A stretch of DNA of 63,444 nucleotides, filler included, from Octopus bimaculoides (taxonomy: Eukaryota), in the NCBI RefSeq assembly GCF_001194135.2. It is 4 parts of 4 records of this genome, joined end to end, with 100 filler letters (N's around TTAATTAATTAA, not from the genome) between each part and the next. Parts side by side here need not be neighbours in the genome. Positions count along the whole stretch, not along the records: positions 1 to 20,774 come from NC_068995.1; 3 more parts are not named here. One strand, given 5' to 3'. Shown here in pieces: positions 1-13,300 of the stretch. Under the pieces are notes generated by a model. It was not told where the DNA came from and did not search any database. It saw nothing but the letters and a program-made list of their open reading frames with translations. The position numbers and the translations under genes are program-made. Every line of letters starts with the position of its first letter. The first letter of the stretch is position 1.

Positions 1-637
1 TATATATGTATATATATGTATATATATATTTATTTATATGCATGTATATATGTGTATATACATCTGCACACATATATATATGCATATATATGTATATATA
101 TGTATATATACATGTATATGTATATATACGTCGCTGTACAGCCTCATACATCTGCTCTGATGCGCTGTCCGCCGCAAACTGGCTCCTCGCGCTTCCCTGA
201 TGCCGCATTCCCACCGCGGCACTTCCAGTGGGACCCACAGGCCCCACTTCTAACAGGACATTCCTACTCCTTACTTCCGATCCTTCTTTACAACACAGCC
301 TGGCTCATAACACCACAGGAAGAAAGCAAGCGAATGTATACGAAAACAAAGGTGAAAAGAAAAAAAAAACGGAGAAATGGTACACAATTACAAATACAAA
401 CAGCAGGACATTAACAACGGGTGTCTTTCGACTAAGGACGTTATTTCAAAATTTGGTTTATGAACGATAGGAAACCCTTCACTGATATGATGACTCTATA
501 CAGAAGGTTGAGATAAGTTTATGATAAAATTCATGTTAACTGGGATTTCAAGTTTCGCATCGTAGCTGGTTCATCCAATCCGGGTGAATAAACCATTAGG
601 CGAAACTTGAGGTCTCAATCAACACAAAATTTACAGC

Positions 638-662
638 GCACACGCACACACACACGCTCGCG

Positions 663-759
<97 letters not shown>
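638..759. repeat. (CA)n microsatellite, representative of dozens of CA, TA, GA, TATG, TATC and AAT tracts in the window
   Basis: Direct inspection; most HT/CV/YI-repeat ORFs in the track derive from such tracts. Confidence 0.95.
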
Positions 760-1029
760 GTATTATTAAATATATGAAAGAACAAACATAAATCGAACAA
801 AGGAGTCAATGCAAGGTTGCACCTTGCTCTCTTCTTGATTAATATTTATTTCTTCCCAGAGATCGATAAAGTAAGTACCAGATTATACTATGAAACAGGT
901 TCGATATGATTAATTTAAACCCATTTCAGAGGGTGTTCAAAGAAGGCAACTGTCCTGTAAAAAGAATAAAAAATACTGTGTACATACCTAAATACATACA
1001 TACACCACATTGCATCACTTCAATCCCGA

Positions 1030-1195
1030 TACGTAGTTTTTCTCTCTTCACTTTTTTTTTCTCTCTCTCCATTGTTTCCCTCATCCCTATTTATCGAAGA
1101 GCGTACGCTCGAAACGTCAAAAACCTCCATTTTTACCGAGCGTCAAACTAATAGACCTTACCTGTTGTTCCCTCACCTGTTTTGTATTTTGTACA
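1030..1195 (+). mobile_element. PLE terminal-repeat-like segment (second copy)
   Basis: GAAGAGCGTACGCTCGAAACGT..AACTAATA..TTGTT shared with 11460-11525. Confidence 0.5.
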
Positions 1196-2282
1196 CATAT
1201 AGATATGCGCGCGCGTGTGTGTGTGTGGGCGTCTGCGTGTGTATGAATGTATACTATTCTTAACTAATACTCCTGTCGCTAATAAGAATTTTCCCCACCC
1301 CGCAAGTTATTTGCGATACCAGTGATTTGTTATTGTTTTCTCTATAGTAGAGAGAGAGAGAGAGAGAGAGAGAAGATAGGGAGGGAAGGAGAGAAAAAGA
1401 GAGAGATGTTTGCTGGGGGTGGGGGGGTCATCCTCAATGTGTAAAACATACGACAAGCTCCTTGTGAAATCTGACTTCAATGCGACCTGTTCTTGGCATA
1501 TCTCAATTTGCTAGGAAAACCGTGGATTCTTTAGCCAATATGATTGTTTATGTGTTAATGGTCACATTTGGAAACTATTGATTCTTTTCATCATGTTCGT
1601 TTTTTGTTAATGACCAAACAACTTGAAACGAATAGTATTTGTGATCTGAGTTTCCTTTATCTCCTGCGTCCAAATACTGCCTTGACTGACTTTTTGTAGT
1701 AATCTTACTGTGTCGATAAAATAAATAGCAATAAAAAATTAGGGCCCATATAAGGCGGCTCTATCCTTCTTGCCTTATGTACCGCCTCGTACTTACTTTT
1801 GAACGGTATTGTACATAAAGCTAAGGCGAATAAGAAAAAAGTTCAGCCAGTAACATCGGCTCGGAGTCCTGAGAGACAAGGAAGGACCTGTGAATATCTG
1901 ACAAACTCTTCCTCCGAGAAGAAGGGCCCCGTTAGTAACCTTATTCCACTTTCTAAAATTTCTGTTGGAGATCTTGTAGAAAGACATGTGTGAGAATCCG
2001 GTCGAGATGTATCTTGTTGGTTTATCCGTATAATTAATTACCTCTTTAAATAGTTTGCCCTCTCGAATTCATTTCTACAATAACCATATGTACTTATAGC
2101 CAAGCTGATTTTAACAAGCACAGATCAAATCTTTTTTGATATTTTTCACTTCAACAAACAATTGCTTAGGTTTCTTCGTACTGAAGGATGAATAATTGAT
2201 GGTTGGTAGTTTCAGTGTCAGATTAATGAAGAAAAATTTCGCAATAAAATTTTGAGTAAAATTACAAAAATAAATGAATGAA

Positions 2283-2317
<35 letters not shown>

Positions 2318-4294
2318 ACTAGAAAAGAAAAAGAAATAAAAAGACATGAAAAGATTTGTGCTTTAAAGATTAAAAATATCACATTGAGACAGACTGTGGT
2401 ACTGATGTTGTTTAACCCTACGTTGGCTATTGTCGAGCATTCTAGAACTTAAGACGTAGAGTGGGATTTGAAAGAGATTTGGCTGCCATTTTCAGCAAGT
2501 CGAGTGACCACATAGAGAATCCTTCGTTTGACTTGTGAGAATTGTGTCTGTGTTTGTACACCCGATGTTGCTGTGTTTACGTCCCCGTAACTTAACCGTT
2601 TTGGCAACACACACCGATAGAATAAGTACAAGGCTTGCAAAGAATAAATCTTGGGTTCGCATATAGAGCTGTGGTGGCCCCAGGCAACTGTCCAGTATGC
2701 CTATGCATTAAGACGGCATTGCCTAGACATACAAAAGTATGCCTTTTATCATAGGGTTGCTCAATCATGGCTGGCCAGACCTCGGGACTAAACTGCAACT
2801 GAACAATACAACCTCCGCTCTGTTGCAACATGGATACTCATACCTCTTACAATACGCATTCGCAATCAACAGGAGCATCCACTCAAAAATGTACAAACCT
2901 GGACAGAATCATAAATCATCTTATTAAATATTGAATTGATGATTAATTTATGCATCAATTATGCACGCTTCCTCATTGATCTGAAGGTTGTAAAATAGCA
3001 AGAAAAATTCGCATAAATCTTTTTGTATCCTTTTTCTTCATATTTCATCTTTTCAATCAAATTACAAAGCAAAAAATATGACTGGGTATTTTTGAATTTT
3101 AACTTTGATATATTACAGCATGAAGTAAAGTATAAAATCCTATAAACTAAATTATGTAAAGCACATCAACCGGAACGTTTTTCTAAACTACTTGTTTTCG
3201 AGACATCTGTTGCTGCTATTGTTGTCGCTGTTGGCGGTGATGGTGGTGATGATTGTGGTGGTGGTTGTTGTTGTTGTGTTGGTGATGGTGGCGATGGTTG
3301 TTGTTGTTGTCGTGGTGATGGTGGTGATGATGATAGGTGGGCCTAGCTTGGTCCTAATCATACAAAACTATAATCAAAGTAGTTTCAACTATGACCATTC
3401 CATCTTTCTTTTTTTTTTAGATACAATATATCGAGAATTGTATTATTCAATGTACCCTTCCTTTTTAAAGACTGTAGAGTGGCTATGATTTGAGTAATAT
3501 TTGGATGTCATTTCTAATAGAACGAGTGTTCACGCAGAGAATCTCTCACGAGTCCGTTCGTACATTTCTAGCGTGAAGGTGTAGAAGATATATTTCCACC
3601 CAAACTACTGAGTAGTTCGTTTTTCTTTTGTTATGGTTCTTTTCACATATAAGATGCATTTCATGAATACAAACCGACTCCAATACAAAACTGGTACTTT
3701 ATTTCATCGAGAAAGGAAATGAAAATTTAATTTCAGGAGATATGATGCGAGAACAAAGAACCGTAACTAAAAAAGGGCAAGACGTTTTTCCCACTGATCT
3801 AATGATTCTGCTAAGCTTCGATTCCCAGCTGGAGCTTTTTGACACCACACACCTCACTAATACTCGTTGGAAAGATATGACCATCGTCATAACTTCCAGT
3901 CTCCTTCACTTCAAACCCAACCCCGCTAATTACTTATTAGTTTCAAATTTTTTGCACAGTGCCAGCAAATTCAGGGGAAGGGGAAAGTCGATTACATCGA
4001 CCTCAGTGCTCAATTGGTACTTATTTTATAGACTCCGAAAGGATGAAAGTTGAAATCGACCTCGGCGGAATTTGAACTCAGAACGTAAAAACGGACGAAA
4101 TGCCGCTTAGCATTTTGCCAGGTGTGCCAACAATTCTACCAGCTTGCCACCTTAAACCCACTAATTACATATTAATGGCCATTTCTAATTGAACTGGTGT
4201 TTTACTAGTATTGAATTAACCAATTAGGGAAGATGAATGTGGATGACAGTTATGCATTGTGCAGCAATGTTTACCTCTCTCTCCGATACAGATA

Positions 4295-4635
4295 TCAATC
4301 ACTCATTCAAGGCCTCGATCCGGTCTGGGGCAGTAGAATGTTGACCATCGTCCCTCCTCTTGTCCCTGTCATTGCCTTCCTCACCAACTTCCTCCAGCTA
4401 CATTCACTCTGACTTCGTTCGTCGAGTCACGTCGAATGAGTTCCAAGGCCTTTCTTTTTTTCCTCTTGACCTGAGGGTTTCCCCAGCAGGGTCTGGTGAC
4501 ATTGTGCTAGGACCTTCTGAATCCAAGCCGGTGTCACTCTTCGCTTGATCTCTGTATCAAAGGGATCTGCTGGCTTTGCCCGCACGAGACTATGTCGCTG
4601 TTTTCTTCGGCCAAAGGAGTCTGAGTAGCTCCCTT
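4295..4635 (-). mobile_element. RTE LINE 3'-end remnant
   Basis: Fragments LLRLLWPKK, EIKRR, WGNPQVKRKK resemble the RTE C-terminus (WNPQGKRKRGRP). Ends in a TGAATGAGTGATTGAT tail. Confidence 0.6.
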
Positions 4636-4768
4636 ATTTAACTTCTTCAGGTTTCGATTAATTAAAGCTATCGAGTTTGCACTATGAATATTATAGCACT
4701 CACTTCACGATATGTAAACTTAATTTTCTATTTTGATACTGCGTAAGTATAAGCATTCTTAGGCATGA

Positions 4769-4813
<45 letters not shown>

Positions 4814-5496
4814 TGTGTGTACATATAGTTGTGTATACGCAGGAGTGAGTGGCGCGCGCGTGCGTGTGTGTTAAATAGGACACGGCCTATTTACAACAGA
4901 AAAAGAAAATAAATACCTGTGCAGAAACAGAACTGGTTAATACTTTAACAAATGAGAAAAAATGAAATATTGTAATACCGTGACAGTAAAAGTAGCAACA
5001 GCAGCTGTGCTAGCAATATTAATCAGAGGAAAACACTCTATATGTTAGTTAAGAGAGAGGGGGTGGGGGAGGGGCGAGGGAGAGAAACAAGATAGAGATT
5101 TGTTACAAGGTACAACACTGTCTTACCTGACAAATATATCCAGGAGCAGGTACGAACGTGAGTAACATGATTACCTTGCCAAAAATGGAGGAGAGTTTCC
5201 TTAAACTGACAATGAAATAGTTACAAGAAAGCCTGGCCGATGTGTGACAGAGTGTGTGTTTCATCGACGAGGATAGACCGCATGTAATTATGTACTTGGT
5301 TAATAATCTCCTGGAAGAGGTGAGGTGATAGGCGGATTAGATGCTTCATACACATAGCCAGAGATAGGTTCTGCAATGGTCATAACTAGATATTGATAAT
5401 AACGTTGACTCTTGGATTGTAGTCGCCTCTCAGTAAAGTGTGGGCAGGTGAAGAGCGCAAAGGTAACACGAAACAATATATATAAGGTCTACATCT

Positions 5497-5683
5497 TTTA
5501 TCATTTATCTTTTACTTGTTTGTCATTAGAATTTTGAGTCGAATGTATCGATCCTAGTACTTATATGTTTTAAATGTCTGGTACTTATTCTATTAGTCTT
5601 CTTTGCCGAATCGCTAGGTTAAAGGAACATAAACACATCAGCACCGGTTGTCAAGCGGTGGTTGGAAGACACACAGGCACGCA

Positions 5684-5714
<31 letters not shown>

Positions 5715-5842
5715 GCGCACACATGACGGACTTCTTTCAGTTTCCGTCTACCAAATCGACTCACAGGGCTTTGGTCGGCTTGAGACTATAGTAGAAGACA
5801 CAGTGGGACTGAACTCTGAAGCATGTAGTTGGGAAGCAAGTG
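5497..5842 (-). mobile_element. SINE family A copy
   Basis: Reverse complement of the 29871 family, with deletions. Confidence 0.8.
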
Positions 5843-6259
5843 CATACATGTATATGAAAATGTATGGTCTCGCAAATTTTACGCTATGTTGTAGAAACCA
5901 GTGTTGTGCAGTAATATACGAAGCACGTAGAACATAAACGCGCTCAGTTTCTTTTGTAGAGAACCTTACAAAAAGAATGATTTAAAATTACCGTAAGGAA
6001 ATGAACTGACGTTGTAATTACAGGAACTCAATAAAAAAAGAAAAAAAATTACATAGAACTCAATAAAGAAAGATCCAGTTTAGAGTAATAGTCTAATGCT
6101 ACATATATGAAATTAAACAAAAAAGGGAATACTTGGTATCAAAATATGTATGTATTGATATGTATATAAATGCGCACATGTGTATGTATGAGTGTGTATA
6201 ACAGAAATGAGTGACGAAGCAAGCTTCTTATCACAGAGCCATGGCTGCGCCTATATATG

Positions 6260-6300
<41 letters not shown>

Positions 6301-6369
6301 ATACACATAAATTGGAAATGTAAAAATAAAAACAAAACACAAAGGATTCTGTATATATACATATATATG

Positions 6370-6402
<33 letters not shown>

Positions 6403-6405
<3 letters not shown>

Positions 6406-7293
6406 AAACTTAGATAAAACTTAGATATGTTTCGACCAAAGATTGGTCCAGGCCATGTCTAACTTAATTGCACCACCTGATAAGATTATCTAGATCCTTT
6501 TCAAGTTAAGTTTTGTGGTATTATGGTCAATTCAAGTAGTGAGTTCTTGTTGAGTGAGTTGTATCCAGGTATGGGTGGCTTATCTGGTATTCCTTCAAGA
6601 AATTTGTCCAGACTCCGTTTAAAGGTGATGGGGTCCTTTTTCCTCTTTGATCTTTTGGGAAAATGTTAAACAGGGCAGGGCCTGCTGAGGAAAAGAAATT
6701 GTGTCGCAGTGTACGTATATTTTGTGATCCTGAATTGGGCAGAGGACGTATGGCCCATGGTCCCAGCTTTGGATGAACCATGAAGCTAATGTTCAGGTCG
6801 TTTGGGCAATTCTGGCGGTATATTCTCCACATTGTGTAAATGATGTACCGCCCGCGGCGGGGCCGGAGAGAGTAGAGTTTCAAGTTTTTAAGGCGGTCCC
6901 AGTAATGGAGATCAGTCATGACCTTAATTTGTTTAGTGAGTACCCTCTGGGGTGATTCAATTTTCGAGATGTTTTGTTTTGTATACAGGGGGCAGCAGTA
7001 TTCGAGGTGTGGCCGTACAAAGGAGGAGTAAAGTGGAATGATGACACCTTGCTCTCTGGATCGGAAGTTTCTTAAGATCCAGGAGCTCATCCTACGAGCT
7101 ATATCGACTTCATTGTTGATGTGGGCACTCCAACTGAGATTGTTATCAACAATTACACGTAGGTCTCTGATATGATTAGATGCTGCGAGTTGTTCCCCTG
7201 AAGGAAGAGAGTATGGTTGGTTTAGTATAGTCTTTCTTCCAAAATGCATCAGCACAAATTTTCCCCGTTTAGTTGCATTTTGCTTTGCATTTA
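6403..7293 (-). mobile_element. CR1-clade LINE 3' fragment
   Basis: HIRDLRVIVDNNLSWSAHIN, LYSSFVRPHLEYC, YWDRLKNLKLYSL. Ends in a 3' stem-loop (GACCA/TGGTC) and a (TATCTAAGTTTT)x2 tail. Confidence 0.9.
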
Positions 7294-7651
7294 CATATAT
7301 ATATATATATATATATATANNNNNNNNNNNNNNNNNNNNNNNNNNNNNNNNNNNNNNNNNNNNNNNNNNNNNNNNNNNNNNNNNNNNNNNNNNNNNNNNN
7401 NNNNNNNNNNNNNNNNNNNNNNNNNNNNNNNNNNNNNNNNNNNNNNNNNNNNNNNNNNNNNNNNNNNNNNNNNNNNNNNNNNNNNNNNNNNNNNNNNNNN
7501 NNNNNNNNNNNNNNNNNNNNNNNNNNNNNNNNNNNNNNNNNNNNNNNNNNNNNNNNNNNNNNNNNNNNNNNNNNNNNNNNNNNNNNNNNNNNNNNNNNNN
7601 NNNNNNNNNNNNNNNNNNNNNNNNNNNNNNNNNNNNNNNNNNNNNNNNNNN

Positions 7652-7682
<31 letters not shown>

Positions 7683-7784
7683 AGAGTGAGAGGGGGAGAG
7701 AGATGGGAGAGAGAGGGGGAGATAGAGAGAGAGAGAGAGACAGACAAGCAGACAGGCAGACAAACAGACCGACAGATAGATAGG

Positions 7785-7815
<31 letters not shown>

Positions 7816-9080
7816 CCGAATGGATGGATGAATGGATGGATAAATAGATAGATGTGAACGTATAATGCACGAGGAGAGCCGTCAATACATTTACAGCGAA
7901 AAAGTTTTATAGAAAGTTTTGGGAACTGCCAATAGCTCCCAACGAGACTTAAATATGTTCGTGAGTACGTGTGCGTGTCTGTATGTACGTTGGTGGGTGT
8001 GCAGACACGTGTTCGCGCGCGCTATGTACGCATGTACTTAATTCTACGGCTTAACCTCGTCTGGAAACTGGAATTCGATTTCCCTTGTGTTTTCACACAT
8101 ACGCTCAAACATATGTGCACACACGCTCACACACATTCACACACATACTCACGCGCGCGTACACACACACACACACGCACACACACACACATTCATGCCA
8201 ATACACATTCACACACATGCAAATACACACAATTTGTATAAACGTGTATACATACGGCGACGTTAAATATGCATATTGGAGTTCATCATTGTGTGTGTAT
8301 GTGTGTCTGTGCGTACGCATGAGTGTATGTATGTGTATGTGTGGGTGTTGTGGGTGTATGTGTGTGTGTTGTGTGTGGGAATGCGTCTAAATAAACTAAG
8401 TTAATTTATCCTCAAAGCTGTATCGATTTAATTTCTCTGACTGCATCATTGTATTCAAGAACCGTGGAAAGACTGAATTTTATTTGTGTTTTATAAAATC
8501 GGGGTGGAACATTACCCAATCCAATTCACCGCACTTCTGTATTCGCAACAACAATGGAATTTACTCTCTGCTCGTTCTGATAATCAATTAATGCACATCT
8601 GCGGTTCTAACTTGCAAAATGTTTTAAGATGTTTGCAAGTCAGATATAGAGGAACATCCACTGCTGCATACACATTTACCTAAAATTCTATGTATGCCCT
8701 TATACATGTGTACGTTTGTCTGGCTTTCTGCCTGTATGTATATGTGTATGTATATATGTATATCTGCGTTCATGTATGTATGTATGCATGTAGGTAGGTA
8801 GGTAGGTAGATTGGTAGGTAGGTAGGTATGTATGTATGAATGAATGAATGAATGCATGTATATTTTTGTTTATATGGAGGGATGTACCTATCTATATTTA
8901 GGTCTTACATTTCTACTAATCAGTTCTACTAATCCGTTAACAAGTAATTTTCGTTTAGCTGATTAGCTAAACAATTACAACACAAAAACTGTTAGATTCA
9001 CTTCAACATTTAAATTTAATTTGCCAAAATATTTTCCTCGCTTTGAAACCGTGACCTGTTCACTGATAAAATTCCGTGCT

Positions 9081-9397
9081 GCACAATATATATTCTTATG
9101 AGCGACTATTAGTTTCATGCGATGAAAACAGAGCAGGCAGCATTTCTTCAGCATTTTTTCCTTGTTTTCTTTTTCGTTTTCGGGTTTTTCTACCTTCCAC
9201 CTTTTACATCTACTTCTTTCTCGCCTTTTCTTGTTTTTTTCCCCCTTTCATCCTATCGTCCTATTTTTAGCATGTTATGCCATGTGGACACAGCCTGAGG
9301 ATTGTCTTTGCACAAAGACACCAGACGTGTTAAGAAATGCTGTCGGCGCTGTTTTCATCGCATGAAACTAATAGTAGCTCATAAAAACAAATTGTGC
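9081..9397. mobile_element. MITE/foldback with about 65-bp inverted arms
   Basis: 9096-9148 is nearly the reverse complement of 9332-9384, extending to GCACAAT/ATTGTGC. No clear TSD. Confidence 0.7.
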
Positions 9398-10021
9398 TTA
9401 TTAAATAATATTTATCTCTCGCCAGATGGAATCCCTTTTTGCTGATGTTAACCATCACGGAACAGTACACTATATGTGTGTGTGTGTGTGTGTGTATGCG
9501 AACGAGAATGTCATTGTATTGTGGATCTGTATGTTTTGGTATATGAGTACATGAGTATATGTGGTGTGTGTGTGTGTGAATGTGTGTGTGTAATAGACTT
9601 TCTCCCTCCCCAAAATTGCTGGCTTCGTACCAAAACTTGAAACCAATATTTCTTTTAGGTATTTATTTATTGTTTTGTGCAATCCGAACCGCACACTTAC
9701 TACGACTTATAACTGACTTTTTCTCCATTACAATCATAACAATATCCGAAATTTCTTCAATAATCTTCGATCCATGTTCGATGTTTTTTGTTAGGCCTCC
9801 AATAATTTTCATTTTACTTCACGAGTCTCCTTGTTAAGAACGATTACATATTTCAATGAATTAAGTTTTGCATGAAAACTCTTAGTAAAAGTAATTTTAA
9901 TCAACGTTTTATGAAACGGTTTCGTTTGCAATGTCAGTTAAAATAAATAGAGAAGAGGATAGTAGATATTTTATATTTCATTTAAACTTTGGAGATGCAA
10001 GTATTGTAGAATGGTATAAAG

Positions 10022-10380
10022 TAATGGTTCTTTTATCTATGGATCCCTTAGATTACTATTTTACTTTGGTGGACCCCCATAACTATTCAATGTTTAAAAA
10101 GTAGTTTTATAGATGCTTCTTTCAAAATTCCTATTTTGTATTTTTGTCATCCATTCTCTAAGAGAACATGTTTCAGTGGCCTGAAACATGCTGAACTATG
10201 TAAAATGTAAGAGAAAGAAACTTTGCTGTTTCTTGTAATAAATACAACTAAAGTAATTTTTTTCCCATGAAACCATAAAATACTACTGTGGATCCCCAAT
10301 TTACTATTTTGCTTGCCTGGACCCCATGAAATCTTATTTGAACTCCCAAGGATTACATTGACCCTTGCTGAGAACCACTG
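10022..10380. mobile_element. Non-autonomous hAT element (MITE)
   Basis: Termini TAATGGTTC and GAACCACTG (CAGTGGTTC type), flanked by a perfect 8-bp TSD GTATAAAG (10014-10021 and 10381-10388). Confidence 0.85.
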
Positions 10381-10449
10381 GTATAAAGCAACCAACAAGT
10401 TGAGCTTGCGACAAAGATTTTATCCTTGACTAAGCCATTCACATCATCT

Positions 10450-11000
10450 ATCCCTAGTACCTGTGATTTTCTACAGAGTTAATCGGTTTGTCTTTGATGG
10501 TGTACAAACGATTCATTAAGGATTATCGGTATTTCTTTTTGCGTCTTATAGATGGTAGAACGGACACCTTTCATGACCAAGGTACTTAACATAACGTTGC
10601 ACCTTTCAGGGATCTTAAAGAGGACCTGTAGTTATTTAGCCGTAGCTTAAAGGGGTCATCCGTTGCTCCAACATATTTCCGTGTTATCGGTGTTGTTGTT
10701 CTTGTGGTTGCTGCTGCTATCGCTTCCTTTGCTACTGTTACTGTCGGGTACATTGCTGTTTTTTGTTGTTGCTGCATGTTTTTGCTTCGAAGAATTTCGT
10801 TTCAGGGTATTTTCACTGCCTAGCTGCACAAGACTGTATTCTTACCTCCATTAATGAAGAAGTTATATGCCTCTGGCCATGGACGTGAAAAGAATGATAA
10901 CTTCCCGACCTTCGGCCATAGTCAACGACTACGTTAAATACTACTGCTCCAAAAATATTTTAGAGTATGCTTTTTTCGGACTTATGAAAAATTGACCGAT
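10450..11000 (-). mobile_element. Penelope-like GIY-YIG remnant
   Basis: RKYVGATDDPFKLRLNNYRSS..ATL, with weaker upstream traces (YSKIF, YPTVT). Confidence 0.7.
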
Positions 11001-11013
11001 TATATATATATAC

Positions 11014-11074
<61 letters not shown>

Positions 11075-11089
11075 CGGATTTCACTGGAC

Positions 11090-11525
11090 TCTTCCGTTGA
11101 GGAAAATCGCTCCAATATACCACGACGTTTGAACTTTTTGGAACTTCCTGCTTTTTCTTACTCCGTACGTTGTTACTTTGCCTTTCTCTCTCCTTTTCGT
11201 CTTCTCTTTTTCTCTCCTTTTCTTCCTTTTTTTTCTTCTCTTCACAACTTTGGAATTTTTAAACTTTTATACTCTGTACGTCATTACTTTGCCTTTCTCT
11301 CTCCTTTTCTTCTTCCTTTCTTTTTGTTCTTTTTTCTCCTTTTTCCAGCATGCCCGATTACAAATCTTTCCTCCCAGTCGCCATGCTTGATCGCTAAATA
11401 CACAAGTTTTTTTTTTTTTTATTATTCTCTTTCTGTATATTTTCTCTTATTCTTTTCTGTTGAAGAGCGTAGGCTCGAAACGTAAATGACTTTCTCACTT
11501 TTCCTAACTAATACACCTGCTTGTT
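11090..11525 (+). mobile_element. PLE terminal-repeat-like segment
   Basis: Pyrimidine-rich tract with an internal duplication of about 110 bp, ending in GAAGAGCGTAGGCTCGAAACGT. Homologous to 1030-1195. Confidence 0.5.
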
Positions 11526-11545
11526 GTTCATACATATATATATAT

Positions 11546-11624
<79 letters not shown>

Positions 11625-11656
11625 CGTACATACATATATATATATATATACATATA

Positions 11657-12189
11657 CAGGGTCTCCCACAATTTACTATTTCAGTGAAATCGAACAATTT
11701 CTTTAAAAACTCAATTTTATTTATGTTTGTCATGTTTGATATGTGTTAGAAGTGTGTAAAGGTTTTATTTTTTATAATTTTATAATGTTTATATTTTTTT
11801 ATAATTTTATTTTCATTCCTGTTGGATCCCGTTTATCTGTCCATGGTAGCATTTTTTTCAATATGGCTGCAATCATTTTCTCTACCCCTATTCTCAGGAT
11901 TGAGCAATAGTTTAACCGAACGTGAAGAATGCATTCAGTTAGCAGTGCAGGATATAACTCCTGAAATGCTTCAAAATGTGTTTCGCAACGTTAAGGGTAG
12001 ATTTGAATTTTGCAGGGATACAGACGGAGCACATGTTGAAATATTTCAATAAAGTTTTGACGTAAGATTTATAAATCAATCTGTTTTGGTATCATAATTA
12101 AGTAATACACATAAAATTCTGTCAGTTTCTTTTAAATTTTTTATTTGCCCGATTTCATTGAAATAAATAGTTAATTCTAGAACAGCCTA
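11657..12189 (+). mobile_element. Internally deleted Tc1/mariner (rosa/maT-like) element
   Basis: IQLAVQDITPEMLQNVFRNVKGRFEFCRDTDGAHVEIFQ* is a transposase C-terminus. Degenerate TIRs (CAGGGT.. and ..CAGCCTA) in TA context. Confidence 0.75.
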
Positions 12190-12286
12190 TATATATANNN
12201 NNNNNNNNNNNNNNNNNNNNNNNNNNNNNNNNNNNNNNNNNNNNNNNNNNNNNNNNNNNNNNNNNNNNNNNNNNNNNNNNNNNNNN

Positions 12287-12353
<67 letters not shown>

Positions 12354-12379
12354 AAGAGAGGGAGGGAAATAATATATAA

Positions 12380-13300
12380 GGAGTTTTCGTTAACTGGTGT
12401 AATGTAACGGGTATGTACTATGAGTGCTCTGTTTGGATTACCACTAAAACTCCGGCTTGTGCTGCAACTGAAAGTGTAATGCTGAAACTGGCTGTCAGAG
12501 GCAGCTAGAAGTGGTTTCTCCTTGAGTGGGTAGTTATAGATTAAAGTAAAAATGAAAAAGCAAAACTTTTGGCATCACTCGAAAAAGATTTAGATGAGAT
12601 TGTAAATATAAACATAGCCTCTTACAGCTGTTCTAGAATAGCCAAGCGTGTGGTCCATGAGACTGAATAAGGATGCATAAGCTGAGTATATCGTCATCAG
12701 AGAGGGAGAAGTCAGAGAGATGAAAAAATGAAGGAATATCCCCAATCGAGGTTATTAGTATATTCCAGTTTGTCAAAAATGAGGGAAGGATCAGAATAAG
12801 ATAAGTATGCGTTACATAGTTCCATGATCGAATAAATAATACAGTTATACGTAGTTAAGGTCCATAAGCAGTTTCAAATGAGACTGTTCGATGACAATCC
12901 AAGTCAAGGAATAGTGGAAGTTACCAGTTCCAATTTTGGATAGAGAGTGAATGAGGGTTCAGCAGGAATAATAAACTACAGTGCGGAGGAAAGACAGACA
13001 GGTAGATGTAGTAGAGTAGATATATACTGCTCTGTATAATATGCTTGGAAGAGGTTAGAGGGTGCATATACATATACAGATAGGTAAAGAGATGAAGAAT
13101 AGCAGATGTTATCATCAGTTAGGCGGCCACTAGCTCTGAGTAGAGTGTTAAAGTAGTAAGAGTTGGCGGGATGAGGATTAGGATGGTAATGAAGTGGTAA
13201 AAGATAATGAAAAATGAAGCAATAGTGAGCATGATACTACTAAAAGTGAGAGGAGATTGAGGGCTCACCTGGTTATAATGGTGCTAGAAATAGACGTCCA
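12380..13300. mobile_element. Probable very old LINE remnant (CR1/L2-like)
   Basis: Strand-biased composition and only weak motif traces (e.g. NEKAKLLASL); orientation not resolved. Confidence 0.25.

Noticed and set aside
1754-1993. Plus-strand ORF with a hydrophobic stretch and basic tail (ILLALCTASYLLLNGIVHKAKANKKK)
   Set aside because: No polypyrimidine acceptor, no start codon and no partner exons.
5128-5310. Minus-strand segment with a good acceptor and donor (EIINQVHNYMRSIL.. or RLLTKYII..)
   Set aside because: No recognisable homology, and it could be an old L2 3' remnant.
5445-5495. GTGAAGAG..CGAAAC..GTC hammerhead-like string
   Set aside because: C3 is absent and stems I and II do not pair.
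10847-10947. Minus-strand VVVDYGRRSGSYHSFHVHG with a GAG|GTAAGA donor, resembling the multicopper-oxidase HxFHxHG motif
   Set aside because: It lies inside a PLE remnant, the following residues do not fit, and I found no HCH or HWHG exons; probably coincidence.
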